Assembly: GCF_963506605.1 (NCBI RefSeq)
Contig: NC_083276.1
Span: 82,522,001-82,586,000 of the forward strand
DNA length: 64,000 bases
From: Zootoca vivipara
Taxonomy: Eukaryota
Direction of reading: 5' to 3'
A program made the translations under genes and the position numbers. Under the pieces are notes generated by a model. It was not told where the DNA came from and did no database searches. It was given only the letters and a program-made list of their open reading frames with translations. Of this stretch, positions 61,559-64,000 are shown piece by piece. Every line of letters begins with the position of its first letter. Position 1 is the first letter of the stretch.

Positions 61559-62597
61559 TGCTTTTGTCATGATGTTTGTGTAGCGTGATGAAAGCGTGAT
61601 GGACTGCAGATAGCAACATAGCGGTCATATGCTACTGCTAGCAATTAAATATGAGTGCCCATCACCACATCAATCAGAAATAAGAGTTGTAGCATGCAAC
61701 CAACAAATGATATTGCCTTGTCCTCTGACAATAAGACCTGGAGCATCTCACAGTGACAATTGGGCAAAGGACATCTAAAAAAATTAAATTACTGAGGAAG
61801 ATGTACATGGGGGTCTGGAGGTGAACATCTGTCCCTATGGCCAAGAGAATTCCCGCATTCCCTACCAGAGTAATCAAGTAGGTCAGCAGAAAGCCACTTC
61901 CGCGCCTGCAATGGAGGTGGGGTTGTGGGCTTCCCGACTGAACCATTGTGTAGGGGCTGCGAGCTCAGCCCCTGCGCGATGAAAGGTTCCCACCTACGTC
62001 ACACCTGGACCGACCAATAAGGTCGGCCGGGGGCGGGGCTTGGCAGTTTAAAGCTCCCTGCCGGCGGGAACTCGGCCTCTTTTCTCCCTGTTTGCTGGAG
62101 CGAATGATTCAGAGGCACAGAGCGTGGCTCCTGCTTTTCGCTAGTCTGCTTTATTTCTTCTCTGCTTTATTTCTTCTTGCTTTTTTCCCTTGTCTTTTTT
62201 TCCCTTTCCCGGGGGCGGGGCTTGGTCCAGAGCCTGGAGACGCCAGGGCCGTAAGGCACGCTCCTACGGTGGCCACAGGGGGCGTTCCGGTAGATGTACA
62301 TCACTAGACTCCTTACTGGTGGTTAACTTCTCATGGACTCCAACACACGGGTTGGAGTCGGATATAGTCTGATAGGTTCCAACGCCTAAGCCAATACCAC
62401 TCAACATCCGTAATCAATAAAGTCGTGGCCTTAACCACCCAATTATAACTTAATTCTTGTGTCTTGTTTCTTTATTTCACGGGGAAGGAGGGACATTGCC
62501 ACACAATTGCCACAAAGAGGGAGATTTTCACTTCCGGGAGATCAGACAGCTCAGTGAGGTAAAAATCTTTTGTTTCTGTGATATATTTTTTCTCCAT
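61559..62597 (-). pseudogene. OR 5'-half pseudogene, copy 4, interrupted by an insertion
   Basis: Same stop and truncation; TM1 split at 61890/62506. Confidence 0.9.
61891..62505 (+). mobile_element. LTR-like insertion (core ~61947-62505) with ~55-bp extra 5' sequence
   Basis: ATTGTGT...ACACAAT inverted ends; CCAAT, GGGGCGGGG and TTTAAA promoter-like motifs; AATAAAGTCGTGGCC. Confidence 0.75.
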
Positions 62598-63274
62598 CTT
62601 CCTGCCAATCAGGTCAACTGAGATATCTAAAATACAGTGAAAACAGAGTAAATTTGTTTAAAATTTAACTACTTAACAATATATAATTGATTACCTATCT
62701 GACTTTTATTTACATAGAGCATGACTCCTTTCGTGTCTCCACACATCCCTCATCCACCCATGGCTACCAGCTTGGCCAGAGGGGACTGGCAACGAACTGA
62801 GTGGGAAGGAATTGCCTGACCCTTGTTTGAAACAAGGTAATATGTACTTTTCACTGTGCAATAATTTAGATTTAATACAGCAAAGCTCTACCATGAGCCA
62901 CTGAGAAATGGAAATGCCATCTTATCAATAATCTAATCAATAATCAATTTTGAAATTTGAAATACAAAGTTTAGGCCATATTAGGCGTCAAGCAAAAACC
63001 TGAGCTTTGACTGATTAACAGTCTGTGTCCTTCCTCTCTTCTTAAAGCTTTTCCGCCTAAATACGCCATGGGCTCTTGTGTGTGGATAGTACCATTAGGG
63101 CTACATAAAGATTCAGAGAATGAATTTGCTATTGGGATATATTACTAGGAGGAGGAGCAATTCCTCAGTACTTTGAATCATTATTGGATTTAATTTATGT
63201 TTCCAGTGGAATCATTATTAGTAGAATGGAATAAAAAAATGATGGAGGGATGTAACACATATATTATGAATCTG

Positions 63275-63425
63275 CAGGGCTGTCTTAAGCATATCTGGCG
63301 TCCTGGTGGCGTGGTGCGAAGATCCTTCTGGCGCCCGCCCCCCCCCCCGCCCCGTTTCACAGCGTGGCTGTCTGGCGGCCCGGCGCCCTGGCACCCTGTG
63401 CCACCTTGCCGTAGGGCCGGCCCTG
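63275..63425. mobile_element. hAT (Tip100-like) MITE
   Basis: CAGGGCTGTC...GCCGGCCCTG; 8-bp TSD TGAATCTG. Confidence 0.88.
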
Positions 63426-64000
63426 TGAATCTGATCAATGTCAGTTTGCTGCAAATACACCTTTATAAACCTTCAGATGCAAATTCTTTTTTCAGCTTTT
63501 TAATCCGAAATTTCCATCAGGCATTTGCAAGTTTTATAATGAGATAGTTCAGAATAGTAGTCCAGGATTCATTGCAAGATACATGCTGAAAGAAGGAGGT
63601 GGCTGTTTCTTGCTAAAACCAATAGAAGTCAGAAAATTTGCATAGTGACATATATGAACATTCCTCTCCAAAAGGTTCTATTAATTTTTCAGGTAAGACA
63701 GTTATTTGCCAAAGGTGACATACTTTAATAAAACTAAATAGATTTAAAACATGCATAATGACAACAACATATTGCAAAGATAATTGGTGGGATTCACCTA
63801 AGTTGTTGTGTGCATAGAATGAAGTCCACTCAGGCCACATCTCCTTCCACCTTGTGCCCCCAGTATTCCCTAAATCTGCTGTAGGGGATTGGGAGAAAAC
63901 CCAGAGCAGGGTGCAAGAGGAGTGCATGGCAGAAGAGAGGGGGGAAGGTCCTATTGTGCAGGTGGACGTCGTTCCCCTGCTCATGTGCCCCTTTGCGCTG

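Larger units (their letters stand above)
39607..64000 (-). repeat. Tandem segmental duplication array, 4 units of ~5.1-6.8 kb
   Basis: OR ATGs at 42289, 49137, 54284 and 59743; collinear near-identical intergenic blocks (e.g. 43664-44100 vs 50225-50660). Confidence 0.95.

Overview
Vertebrate (non-microbial) genomic DNA. It is very likely a squamate reptile and looks lacertid-like, judging by Sauria SINEs, BovB/RTE, CR1, Penelope-like and hAT/TcMar MITEs. The window is part of an olfactory receptor (OR) gene cluster. It holds 9 intact ORs whose coding sequence lies in one exon: 4 on + (two OR5-like and a near-identical OR10-like pair) and 5 on - (one subfamily). It also holds 6 OR fragments/pseudogenes. 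The right-hand ~25 kb is a recent tandem array of a 5-7 kb unit (intact OR + dead 5' half-OR + L1 remnant + LTR-like remnant) whose genes are recombinant mosaics. Non-genic highlights: (i) a Tc1/mariner (Tc2-like) MITE filled with ~17.5 copies of a 143-bp CpG-rich unit made almost entirely of two long hairpins, with an 861-bp higher-order repeat; (ii) minimal hammerhead-ribozyme motifs in inverted Penelope-like insertions; (iii) a non-autonomous Helitron with CpG-island-like cargo, confirmed by an empty paralogous site. I found no evidence of a wholly new protein-coding system. The best novelty candidates are structural/non-coding and are flagged as hypotheses. OR family and TE family labels come from motif recognition, not database searches.
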